DNA of 63,777 bases from Puniceicoccales bacterium (GTDB taxonomy: Bacteria; Verrucomicrobiota; Verrucomicrobiia; Opitutales; JAIRKQ01). Below are positions 55,859-63,777 of the stretch, one piece after another. The first letter of the stretch is position 1. Each line of letters opens with the position of its first letter. The position numbers were made by a program, and so were the translations under genes. Below the pieces are notes generated by a model. That model saw only the letters and a program-made list of their open reading frames with translations, was not told the DNA's origin and did not search any database. The stretch covers positions 1-63,777 of the forward strand of contig JAISYR010000006.1 in assembly GCA_031269795.1 (NCBI GenBank), read 5' to 3'.

Positions 55859-57115
55859 ATGCAAAAAAGTTTTGTGGAAGGAAATTTGGATAAAAGTCAG
55901 AGCCAATATCGGGTAATTGCTCTTCGCTGGCGTCCGAAAACTTTTAAAGAAATTATTGGGCAGGACCACATCGTTAGGACATTGACCAATGCTATAAACA
56001 TGGGTCGTGTTGCCCATGCCTACCTATTTGTTGGACCTCGGGGAACGGGGAAAACCACCACCGCCCGTCTGCTGGCCATGGCCTTGAATGCCAACGGTGG
56101 GCCCTCCGTAGATTTCGACCCCGACGATGAAATTTCACGCTCCATAGCATCAGGTAACTGCTTGGACGTCGTAGAAATCGATGGAGCATCCAACAATTCC
56201 GTCGAACAAATTCGAGGTCTTCGCGAAGAGTGCCGATATGCTCCTATCTCATGCAAGTATAAAATATATATTATCGATGAAGTTCATATGCTATCAAATG
56301 CTGCCTTTAATGCGTTACTCAAGACCCTCGAAGAACCACCGGCCCACGTAAAATTTATCTTTGCCACCACCGAAGTGCACAAAGTTTTGCCAACAATAAC
56401 ATCCCGGTGCCAGCGGTTTTCCTTTCGGCCCGTACCAATTGCCACGTTAGCCGAAAAATTATCTGCAATCGCCCAAAGCGAAGGAATAAAAATTTCCGAA
56501 GGTGCACTCCTTACAATTGCTCGCCTTGCCAACGGTGGCGTCAGAGATGCGGAATCGATCCTTGATCGAATGGCAACCTTTTGTGGAAACGAAGTAACCA
56601 TAGAAGCAATAAACCTTGCCTATGGGTTGGCCGACGGCAATACCATCGACGGTATAATCAGTGGCATTTACTACGGTGACTACAAAAAGCTCATGAAAAT
56701 TTCCCATGAAGTTTCATCGCAAAATTGTGACATGTACAGGGTTTTGTGCGACGTGGAAGCAAGGATTTACGAACAACTGGAAAGTATTTTGGATGGGGAT
56801 GGCAATTACCCCGACCGCATGGTTCGGATATTGGAAGAAATTCACCGGTCAAAGGAATCCGTTAAAACCGGAATTTCCGAGACCATAAATTTTGAAACTA
56901 CCCTATTGAAGGCCGCTGAACGGGGACAATCCCGGGCCATCGATGCCATCCTACAAGACATTCGAGCATTAAGATCTGAAGACGCGAAGAATCAATCCAT
57001 TGCCATTTCCGACGACGACTTCGAAAAAAAGAAATCACGGTTACCATCCGAGGTACAGTCAATGTTGAAAGAAGGTTTTCGTGCCCAGCTAAGCATTTTA
57101 AAATCCGATGGATGA
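55859..57115 (+). CDS. dnaX: DNA polymerase III gamma/tau subunit (short form, 418 aa)
   Basis: RWRPKTFKEIIGQDHI, Walker A GPRGTGKTT, IYIIDEVHML, SRC motif TSRCQRF. Confidence 0.92.
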   Translation: MQKSFVEGNLDKSQSQYRVIALRWRPKTFKEIIGQDHIVRTLTNAINMGRVAHAYLFVGPRGTGKTTTARLLAMALNANGGPSVDFDPDDEISRSIASGNCLDVVEIDGASNNSVEQIRGLREECRYAPISCKYKIYIIDEVHMLSNAAFNALLKTLEEPPAHVKFIFATTEVHKVLPTITSRCQRFSFRPVPIATLAEKLSAIAQSEGIKISEGALLTIARLANGGVRDAESILDRMATFCGNEVTIEAINLAYGLADGNTIDGIISGIYYGDYKKLMKISHEVSSQNCDMYRVLCDVEARIYEQLESILDGDGNYPDRMVRILEEIHRSKESVKTGISETINFETTLLKAAERGQSRAIDAILQDIRALRSEDAKNQSIAISDDDFEKKKSRLPSEVQSMLKEGFRAQLSILKSDG

Positions 57116-58022
57116 AACAGCATCAGTTTTGAAAGAGGACATCGATGCATTCCTTGTGCACCTGGAATTGGAAAAGGGAAGTAGCAAAAATACCGTAGCC
57201 AGCTATGAAAATGACCTATTAACCCTCGTGGATTTTTTTTCGAAGCATGCTTTAAAAAGCTGGTCAGAGGTTTCATTGGAAATGCTGCGCCAGTGGTTAA
57301 CATTTCTAGATAAATCCGGGTGTTCATCGGCCACGGTTGCAAGGAAGTTGTCCGCTCTGCGGTCATTTTCCAAATTTGCCAAAGCCCGAAATATGGCAAA
57401 TTTGGACGTTGCCAAGCAATTGAAACGTCCCCATTGTGTGCGAAAACTACCGGATACATTGACGTCGGAGGAAGTGTCAAAAATTTTGGAATTAAATGGA
57501 GAAAAAACTCCACTGGCCATGCGGGACAGTGCAATGTTTGAACTGATTTATAGCAGTGGTCTGAGAGTGTCCGAACTGTGTGATATTAAAATTCAGGCCA
57601 TCGATTTTGAAAACTGTTTTCTGAGGGTGTATGGCAAGGGGGCGAAAGAAAGGAGTGTCCCCTTTGGATCCATTGCTAAATTAAAGCTGGAACGATACCT
57701 AACCGTCGCACGTCCAAAATTCGTAAAATCTAAAACGGATAGCACATTTTTCATAGGGATAACGGGCCGCAAGTTATCCAGAAAAACCGTATGGATGCAC
57801 CTAAAAAAATATATAAAACTGGTGGGAATAGAAAAATCCGTAACTCCTCACACCCTACGCCATTCCTTTGCTACGCACCTATTAGAAAATGGAGCAGATC
57901 TGCGCTCCATACAGGAAATGCTCGGCCATGCGGATATTTCCACTACCCAAATTTATACGGCCGTCGACAGGAAGCGTCTCATGTCTGATTACAGAAGGTT
58001 TCACCAACGGGATAAATTTTAA
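57108..58022 (+). CDS. Tyrosine site-specific recombinase, XerC/XerD family
   Basis: N-terminal SAM-like domain (FLVHLELEKGSSKNTVASYENDL), catalytic ARVSEL...HTLRHSFATHLLENGADLRSIQEMLGHADISTTQIYT. 8-nt overlap with dnaX. Confidence 0.88.
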   Translation: MDETASVLKEDIDAFLVHLELEKGSSKNTVASYENDLLTLVDFFSKHALKSWSEVSLEMLRQWLTFLDKSGCSSATVARKLSALRSFSKFAKARNMANLDVAKQLKRPHCVRKLPDTLTSEEVSKILELNGEKTPLAMRDSAMFELIYSSGLRVSELCDIKIQAIDFENCFLRVYGKGAKERSVPFGSIAKLKLERYLTVARPKFVKSKTDSTFFIGITGRKLSRKTVWMHLKKYIKLVGIEKSVTPHTLRHSFATHLLENGADLRSIQEMLGHADISTTQIYTAVDRKRLMSDYRRFHQRDKF

Positions 58023-58055
58023 CATGGAAGCCGATCCGTTGGTGCTGATGTAAGA

Positions 58056-59210
58056 CTAATAAACATCCTTCTGATAGCGTCGATCGTCCCTTAGCGATTT
58101 AAAAAAATCATTGGCCTCATCTTCAGTAAAGTTTCCAAATTTCATGGCTATTTTTTTCAAAGTATTTTCGACATCAACGGCCATTTTAGATGCATTGCCA
58201 CAGACATAAACATAGGCTCCATTGGAAATCCACGACCAGAGCTCTTTGCGATGTTCCCAAATTCTATCCTGAACATATATTTTATTTTCCTGATCCCTCG
58301 AAAAGGCCAAATCCAGATTTGTCAAAATGCCAGAATCTTTAAAGGTTTGTAATTCTTCTCCAAATAAAAAATCTGTCGCATGATTTCTGTCACCAAAGAA
58401 TAGCCAGCTTTCCCCAACCTTACCACCTTTGTCCACCACGCATTGTCTCTCTTGTAAAAAACCCCTGAACGGCGCAATTCCAGTCCCCGGTCCAACCATT
58501 ATGATATTCGACTCGGCATTTGTCGGCAGTGCAAACGTGGAATTTACTACGAAAACCCTGATGCCTTCCCCAATGTTCGCACCGTGGGCCAAATAATTCG
58601 ATGCAATGCCATTCCTTTTATTGCCGATGGCGTTTGTATAACTAACAACCCCAACGACAATGTGTATTTCGTTTCGATTGGCGAGGGGAGATGATGCGAT
58701 GGAATACAACCGCGGCATCAAACGGCGTAACTTGGATACCAATCCGTTCGGGTCTGCTTTGCAGCGGCCATCGAATTTTTTCAAAATCTCCAGCAGTGAG
58801 TGTGATTTTGCCAAAACTTGGCATTCCGGATCGGGACGGAGTATTTTATCATTGATGAATGAGCCCATGTCGGAATCTGTCTCGATTTCTCCAAGCCATT
58901 TCCAAAATTGATCGGGCAAATTTGTCACACAGAGGTATTCCCGCAGGGCAGAAAAAATCGATATTTTCTCACCTAGGAAAGGGAGCTTAACCTGTGTTTC
59001 ATGGGCTATTTTTAACAAACGCAAAATTTCGACTACTTCACTTTCACTGTTTTTAGGAAATACGGCAATCGAATCGCCGCATTTATAAGATAGGCCGCCA
59101 TTGCTCACGTCGAAAATCAGATGTTGGACGTTTTTATCACTTGCCTGGCCATTTAACCTTCTCCGAAATTTTAAATGGGCGATGAATGGATTATCTCTGT
59201 TATGGGTCAT
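58056..59210 (-). CDS. CysJ-like FAD/NADPH oxidoreductase lacking a flavodoxin domain
   Basis: FAD-binding RLYSIASS, GIASNYL, NADPH-binding GPGTGIAPFRGF and a C-terminal YQKDVY, typical of the sulfite-reductase flavoprotein / P450-reductase FNR module. Confidence 0.8.
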   Translation of the reverse strand: MTHNRDNPFIAHLKFRRRLNGQASDKNVQHLIFDVSNGGLSYKCGDSIAVFPKNSESEVVEILRLLKIAHETQVKLPFLGEKISIFSALREYLCVTNLPDQFWKWLGEIETDSDMGSFINDKILRPDPECQVLAKSHSLLEILKKFDGRCKADPNGLVSKLRRLMPRLYSIASSPLANRNEIHIVVGVVSYTNAIGNKRNGIASNYLAHGANIGEGIRVFVVNSTFALPTNAESNIIMVGPGTGIAPFRGFLQERQCVVDKGGKVGESWLFFGDRNHATDFLFGEELQTFKDSGILTNLDLAFSRDQENKIYVQDRIWEHRKELWSWISNGAYVYVCGNASKMAVDVENTLKKIAMKFGNFTEDEANDFFKSLRDDRRYQKDVY

Positions 59211-59325
59211 TTTCGTAGTCGAGAAAATGTGAATATGCTAAAAATTCAAGACAATTCGAATGCCGCTATCTCCGTTACTGTCGATGGTATTTTTCGTCGC
59301 ATTTATAAAAAATCCTAATTTTTTA

Positions 59326-59355
59326 TTGACAATGCAAAACTTTTCAGATTAAAAT
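59326..59355 (+). promoter_or_regulatory. Candidate sigma70-type promoter upstream of ORF 59440 and the sctSTU genes
   Basis: TTGACA (59326-59331), an 18-nt spacer, then TAAAAT (59350-59355). Sequence match only. Confidence 0.3.
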
Positions 59356-59439
59356 ATGTTGTTTGCGAGATTTTGAATCTAAGGGAAATTGATAAAATAA
59401 GCGGATTTAATTTTCAAAATCAAAAACAGGAAAAAGAAC

Positions 59440-59757
59440 ATGGTTATGTGTAGTACGGACAGTACGAATGTAGTAGAAATTTTCTCAAAGGGGCCAACGA
59501 CATGCGTTGCTTCAAAGAATGTCGCGAGCAAGTTTTACGGTGCACTTACAGACTGTGAACGTGCAAAAATAATTGAAAGTTTTATAAAAGATCGGTCTGA
59601 TTTTGATATTGATACTTACTGTGAATGCACGTTTGATGGAGTGGATAAGGAAATTACGGTGGAATATTTTCGTGAAGTGGTGGGTGAAGCGAAAGGAAAG
59701 TTTGTCCAATTTAAAATTATAGATCTCGAAATTGGCAAGAATCAGTCACCCAAGTAA
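59440..59757 (+). CDS. Hypothetical 105-aa protein upstream of sctS
   Basis: ATG-initiated ORF with no recognisable family, no TM segment and several Cys. Occupies the slot where sctR normally sits. Confidence 0.45.
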   Translation: MVMCSTDSTNVVEIFSKGPTTCVASKNVASKFYGALTDCERAKIIESFIKDRSDFDIDTYCECTFDGVDKEITVEYFREVVGEAKGKFVQFKIIDLEIGKNQSPK

Positions 59758-59951
59758 TCAGCGTGCGTCGATATGTAACGACATTGGGGCGGTTTTCCAA
59801 AAGGTCTATTCCCTTGGTTTCTCCAGAAATTTGTTCCTCTAGCAATGAGGTCTTTTGGGAAACAGGAGAGTTTTTCCATCAAAGATTTCAAATATTAAAG
59901 ATTGTTTATCCTAAAATTTTTGCTTAAATATCATAACTTTAATATAAGCTT

Positions 59952-60221
59952 ATGCACGAGTCATTTATTTTGAGTGTAACATCTAAGGCGATGATTTTGG
60001 TGTTGGTCCTATCGATGCCGCCGATTTTAATAGCTACGATAGTAGGGCTGCTCATCAGCCTATTACAAGCGTTGACTCAGGTGCAGGAACAAACGTTGGG
60101 ATTCGCGGTAAAATTGATCTTTGTAATCGTAGTATTAGCCCTAACTACTCACTGGATAGGTGGTGAAATTTTGGAATTCACTAACTATTTGTTCGATGAA
60201 TTTCCGATGTTAGCTAAATAA
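59952..60221 (+). CDS. sctS: Type III secretion export-apparatus protein SctS (YscS/FliQ family)
   Basis: 89 aa, two TM helices, signature LLISLLQALTQVQEQTLGFAVKL. Confidence 0.88.
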   Translation: MHESFILSVTSKAMILVLVLSMPPILIATIVGLLISLLQALTQVQEQTLGFAVKLIFVIVVLALTTHWIGGEILEFTNYLFDEFPMLAK

Positions 60222-60231
60222 TGGGTGGATT

Positions 60232-61020
60232 ATGGATACGCCGCTAAAGGAAATATCAAGTACGTGCGTATTGATAATTATAGCAATGGCACGATTGGGG
60301 GCATCATTGGCAGTGGCTCCATTTTTTTCGCGCCAGTTTGTGGTAGGAACCGGACGGAATGTCGTCATATTGTCACTGTCTTTGCCATTGTTCTGCTTGG
60401 TCTTTCCAACACTTCCCCAGGGACAGTTTGCCATTTTAACCATGGGTGGATTGATGGTAAAAGAGGTTATCATAGGGATTACCCTAGGGTTTGTCGCAAG
60501 TTTTATTTTCTATACAGCGGAAGGGGTTGGTTTTGTGGTCGATGTTCAGCGCGGGTCATCGATGGCAACGATATTTGATCCGATGGCGGGTTCTCAGACG
60601 TCGCTCATGGGAAGTTTTTTGATACAGATGATGTCGGTGGCATTTTTTTCCACCGGCGGATTTTTATTTTTCTTGGATCTCATATATAAAACGTACCAAG
60701 TGTGGCCAGTATTTTCATACTTCCCCAAGTTTGAGGTGGGGTTTGCGGTATTTTTTATGGATTTGATAAAGGATTTGATGGCTGTGATGTTTTCCTTGGC
60801 AGCTCCCATATTGATAGTTTTGTTCTTGGCAGAATTTGGACTTGGCATGGTCAATAGATTTGCTCCCCAGCTTAATGTTTTCTTCCTAGCAATGCCGGTA
60901 AAAAGTTGGTTGTCGATGATGTTTTTGTTTATGTATTTGTCCCTATTGAATTACTTCTTCGAATTGTATTTTACGTCTAGGAGTAAACTTGCGGAATTTG
61001 TTAAGATTTTTGTTAGATAG
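60232..61020 (+). CDS. sctT: Type III secretion export-apparatus protein SctT (YscT/FliR family)
   Basis: 262 aa polytopic protein; ARLGASLAVAPFFS is the typical SctT/FliR N-terminus. 10 nt after sctS, and its stop abuts the sctU ATG. Confidence 0.85.
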   Translation: MDTPLKEISSTCVLIIIAMARLGASLAVAPFFSRQFVVGTGRNVVILSLSLPLFCLVFPTLPQGQFAILTMGGLMVKEVIIGITLGFVASFIFYTAEGVGFVVDVQRGSSMATIFDPMAGSQTSLMGSFLIQMMSVAFFSTGGFLFFLDLIYKTYQVWPVFSYFPKFEVGFAVFFMDLIKDLMAVMFSLAAPILIVLFLAEFGLGMVNRFAPQLNVFFLAMPVKSWLSMMFLFMYLSLLNYFFELYFTSRSKLAEFVKIFVR

Positions 61021-62106
61021 ATGAGCGGTGAAAAAACAGAAATGCCTACGCCGAAGAAGCTGCGGGATGCTAGGAAAAAAGGACAGGTGTCTAAAAGTAC
61101 GGATGTGATTTCCACATCTCTGCTAATAGGCTTGTATGCATACGTGGGCCTTGGATGGTCCGGTCACGTAAAAGCCATAGGAGATATGCTTGTATTTCCC
61201 ATAGGCTATCTGGCGGAAGATTTTAAAATGGCCTATTCCAACGTTATTGTTGGAATTTTCAAGCAAATGATTGGCATCGTGTTGCCTGCACTTGGGATTT
61301 GCATGGCTATGGCTGTGATTGCAAATTGTGCTCAAATTGGATTTCTACTTACTTTCGAAACGGTAAAGCCGGATTTGAAAAAACTTAACCCTGTGGAAAA
61401 AATTAAGCAAATTTTTTCGAAAAAAAATCTTTTCGAATTTTTGAAATCGGCCCTAAAAATAATATTCCTGGGCATATTGATTTACATGGTCATAAAAAAT
61501 CTAATCCGAGATTTGCTTCTGTTACCATTCTATGGTCTTTCAGGAGTGATCAACATCTTGGGACCGATAATGAAACGGTTTGCATACAATGTGATTTTTG
61601 CGTACGTTGTGGTTGCGTGCATTGATTTTGTCTTCCAAAAGCGAAATTTCATGAGCAAAATGAAAATGTCGAAGGATGAGGTAAAGCGGGAATATAAGGA
61701 AATGGAAGGAGATCCACAAATTAAGGGAAAACGAAAACAATTACACCGCGAAATGATCGAGCAGGATGCCCCCCGAAGGACAAAACAGTCCAGCGTATTG
61801 ATAACGAATCCCAAACATATCGCCGTAGCCGTATACTACAACATGAAAGGTAGAGGATCCTCTTTGCCTATCATTTTGGCGACTGGGCAAGGAGCCGTCG
61901 CAGAAGAAATGATACGGGTGGCACGGGAGAATAATATTCCGATCATGCGTAACGTACCACTGGCACACTCCCTCATGGATGTTGGAGAAGTGATGACTTT
62001 TATTCCTACGGAACTAATTGAGCCGGTGGCTGAGGTACTGCGTTGGGTATATGAAATGAAGGAACAGCATGAGCAAGGCATGGGGCTTGAAGGTGAAGCC
62101 TGGTAA
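61021..62106 (+). CDS. sctU: Type III secretion substrate-specificity switch protein SctU (YscU family)
   Basis: MSGEKTEMPTPKKLRDARKKGQVSKSTDV closely resembles the YscU N-terminus. Also KPDLKKLNPVEKIKQIFSKKNLFEFLKS, MSKDEVKREYKEMEGDPQIKGKRKQ, and the autocleavage loop NPKH at codons 263-266. Confidence 0.9.
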   Translation: MSGEKTEMPTPKKLRDARKKGQVSKSTDVISTSLLIGLYAYVGLGWSGHVKAIGDMLVFPIGYLAEDFKMAYSNVIVGIFKQMIGIVLPALGICMAMAVIANCAQIGFLLTFETVKPDLKKLNPVEKIKQIFSKKNLFEFLKSALKIIFLGILIYMVIKNLIRDLLLLPFYGLSGVINILGPIMKRFAYNVIFAYVVVACIDFVFQKRNFMSKMKMSKDEVKREYKEMEGDPQIKGKRKQLHREMIEQDAPRRTKQSSVLITNPKHIAVAVYYNMKGRGSSLPIILATGQGAVAEEMIRVARENNIPIMRNVPLAHSLMDVGEVMTFIPTELIEPVAEVLRWVYEMKEQHEQGMGLEGEAW

Positions 62107-62125
62107 TTCTCCGGTGGTAACAATT

Positions 62126-62986
62126 ATGGGTCCCAGGATATTTTTCAAAGAGATTAACAAACCATCAGCCGAGCCAGTGTCATTATTAAAACAAACGCTG
62201 TTTGATTTGGAAAACCTCAAAGTCATTCCCTCCAAAAAGAAAGGTCAGAACTTTCTAATCGATGGCAATGTGGTCAATAAGTTTGTGGCAATTTCGGATG
62301 TGAGAGATGGTGATGCGATCGTTGAGATTGGTCCGGGGCTTGGAGCATTGTCAGAAAAAATTTTAAAGGTCGGAGCAAAATTGTTTGCCATCGAATTGGA
62401 TAGACGCCTTTTCAATTTTTTAAAATCAAAACTTGTAAATTATGGTAATCTATGGCTGAGGCATGGTGATGCGGTGGATTTCCCGATTGCCGGATTACCA
62501 CAAAATATAAGCAATTTTAAAATAGTTTCTAACCTGCCCTATTCAATTTCATCGACTTGGATAGGCGCTCTTTTGGAATGCTATCATTTACCCCAGAGCA
62601 TAAATTTGATCACACAAACCGAAACGGCCCAGAGGTTTTTTGCTTCCACCAGGCCTTCGGAGATCTGTCCTACTTCAATTTTTGTCCAATCGGCCTATGA
62701 TAGGGTTCATATGCATAGGGTTACGGCAAAGTCATTCTATCCAAAACCGATGGTGTCATCGGTCATGGTATCAATGGTAAAAAAGCAAAGCCCATTCCTT
62801 TTTAAACCAAGGACAAAACAGGCCATTAGGTGGATTTTTACAAAAAGAAGAAAACAAATGGGCGGAATCGGAAAGGATGGATGTACCGAATTGCAAAACT
62901 GGCTATGGGAATGTAAAATTGCCACACACCAACGGCCCGAGGAAATCTCCATGCAACAGTGGCAAATGTTCGATAAATTTTTCTGA
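62126..62986 (+). CDS. rsmA: 16S rRNA (adenine1518/1519-N6)-dimethyltransferase
   Basis: KKKGQNFLIDGNVVNKFV, SAM loop VEIGPGLGALS, VSNLPYSISS. ATG 62126 chosen because the track start 62069 overlaps sctU. Confidence 0.9.
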   Translation: MGPRIFFKEINKPSAEPVSLLKQTLFDLENLKVIPSKKKGQNFLIDGNVVNKFVAISDVRDGDAIVEIGPGLGALSEKILKVGAKLFAIELDRRLFNFLKSKLVNYGNLWLRHGDAVDFPIAGLPQNISNFKIVSNLPYSISSTWIGALLECYHLPQSINLITQTETAQRFFASTRPSEICPTSIFVQSAYDRVHMHRVTAKSFYPKPMVSSVMVSMVKKQSPFLFKPRTKQAIRWIFTKRRKQMGGIGKDGCTELQNWLWECKIATHQRPEEISMQQWQMFDKFF

Positions 62987-63029
62987 GAAATTGTCTGTAA
63001 GGTCCGGAAGAAGTAATTACTTGTAATTC

Positions 63030-63635
63030 ATGGCAGACGAAAGTTTAATCGCAAAAATTTTCCCCCAACTTGAAGAAAGCCAACTGCATCAGTTGGTAAA
63101 GTATTCCAAATTACTGGGCGAATGGAATGAAAAAATTAACCTTATTTCAAGGAAAGATATTCAAAATGTTATCAGCCGCCACATCATTCCCAGTCTGTCA
63201 ATTTCCATGGTTGGAAATTTTACCAAGAGTGAAGATGTTTTGGACATCGGAACCGGAGGTGGTCTTCCTGGAATTCCATTGGCCATTGTTTGCCGCGAAA
63301 CTAGTTTTACACTGATGGATTCTGTCGGGAAAAAGATCATGGCGGTAAACGATATGGTAAAAAGACTCAACTTGCAGAATGTGAAAACGGTAAATATTCG
63401 GGCGGAAGACTTTTCCGATAAATTCGATAAAATTGTTGGGCGAGCGGTAGCGAATTTGGCCGATTTTTTGAAATATTCGAAAAAACTTTTGAAACCAAAT
63501 GGCAAAATTTTTTATTTAAAGGGCGGAGACCGCACCAACGATTTTGGATTGCCAAAGGTGTGGAATTTCTATAATGTCGCTGCGATCACCGGTGTTCGCG
63601 AATTGGAAGATAAGGTGATCCTGGAAATTTTTTAA
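63030..63635 (+). CDS. rsmG: 16S rRNA (guanine527-N7)-methyltransferase
   Basis: LLGEWNEKINLISRKD..., SAM loop VLDIGTGGGLPGIPLAI, and size 201 aa. Confidence 0.88.
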   Translation: MADESLIAKIFPQLEESQLHQLVKYSKLLGEWNEKINLISRKDIQNVISRHIIPSLSISMVGNFTKSEDVLDIGTGGGLPGIPLAIVCRETSFTLMDSVGKKIMAVNDMVKRLNLQNVKTVNIRAEDFSDKFDKIVGRAVANLADFLKYSKKLLKPNGKIFYLKGGDRTNDFGLPKVWNFYNVAAITGVRELEDKVILEIF

Positions 63636-63636
63636 A

Positions 63637-63777
63637 ATGCATAGGTCAAAATTTTTAGTCACATCGAATGAAGAAGTACAAATCTTCGTTACAAAGTGTG
63701 GTCCCATCGGGAACAATGCTGGATTCATTGAGAACACCAAGTGCCACGAAGCTGTACTAATTGATGCCCCATTTGGA
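63637..63777 (+). CDS. 5' end of a probable metallo-beta-lactamase-fold hydrolase; runs off the right edge
   Basis: ATG at 63637, 2 nt after the rsmG stop, is open to the window end: MHRSKFLVTSNEEVQIFVTKCGPIGNNAGFIENTKCHEAVLIDAPFG. This resembles the N-terminal strands of MBL/glyoxalase II proteins (N.Y.I.....A.LID.). Not in the ORF track. Confidence 0.4.
   Translation, partial: MHRSKFLVTSNEEVQIFVTKCGPIGNNAGFIENTKCHEAVLIDAPFG

Noticed and set aside
57025-57031. A_AAA_AAG heptamer in the dnaX zero frame, the same heptamer as I recall for the E. coli dnaX -1 frameshift site
   Set aside because: It lies only 27 codons before the normal stop. The -1 frame stays open for 33 codons (TGA at 57130-57132), so slippage would give a product 6 aa longer rather than a truncated gamma. 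There is no convincing downstream stem-loop. It is most likely a chance Lys-run in an A-rich genome.
56992-57534. 180-aa minus-strand ORF spanning the dnaX/xer junction
   Set aside because: It is antisense to two well-supported genes, and no motifs were recognised.
59952-62106. Interpretation of the three export-gate genes as flagellar fliQ-fliR-flhB
   Set aside because: The SctU N-terminus and internal blocks follow the YscU pattern rather than FlhB (which typically starts M..E.D..KTE.PT..R). fliP and flhA do not flank the genes, and the window has no other flagellar genes. Phylogeny is still required, so this is retained as a refutation test.
1-63777. CRISPR arrays, IS elements/transposases, prophage or integrase-flanked islands, toxin-antitoxin pairs, rRNA genes
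   Set aside because: I saw no spaced direct-repeat array, transposase- or phage-like ORF, or rRNA-like sequence on either strand. The only recombinase is a Xer-type housekeeping enzyme overlapping dnaX. The tRNA-Ser has no duplicated 3'-end att-like repeat nearby.

Overview
63.8-kb chromosomal window from a low-GC diderm bacterium, mostly housekeeping genes. Gene content and order look PVC-like (Chlamydiae/Verrucomicrobia/Lentisphaerae), but that is a by-eye inference with no database search. The core is one uninterrupted str-S10-spc-alpha ribosomal super-operon (29.8-47.4 kb: rpsL-rpsG-fusA-rpsJ ... secY-map-rpsM-rpsK-rpsD-rpoA-rplQ). It lacks tuf, rpmD, adk, infA and rpmJ. Also present: dnaE, dnaX, a Xer recombinase, lolCE/lolD, a GldA/F/G-like ABC cluster with a DUF4340-like gene, fabD, rpmG (missed by the ORF track), dCMP deaminase, sufS, cmk, glmM, lpxA plus a fused lpxC-fabZ, a truncated dcw head (mraZ-rsmH-ftsL), rsmA, rsmG and tRNA-Ser(GCU). 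I saw no CRISPR array, IS element, prophage or rRNA. The accessory and more interesting content is: (i) an isolated non-flagellar type III secretion export-gate sub-cluster sctS-sctT-sctU, without sctR or sctV, whose SctU autocleavage motif reads NPKH instead of NPTH; (ii) a monocistronic OTU-like cysteine protease, a candidate deubiquitinase effector; (iii) envelope-polymer genes unusual for an LPS-bearing cell, namely a Bcs1-like CDP-ribitol synthase with a TagF-like phosphotransferase, and dgkA divergent from two tandem LtaS-family paralogues; (iv) an orphan gspF followed by a signal-less GH13 pullulanase-like enzyme, preceded by a perfect 20-bp tandem repeat; (v) 10-bp-phased TGGNN repeats upstream of mraZ; (vi) a decayed membrane-protein gene. 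I did not find an unambiguous novel multi-gene system. The best candidates for follow-up are the T3SS/OTU host-interaction set and the ribitol-phosphate/LtaS envelope set. All family calls come from motif recognition by eye and need profile or structure searches.
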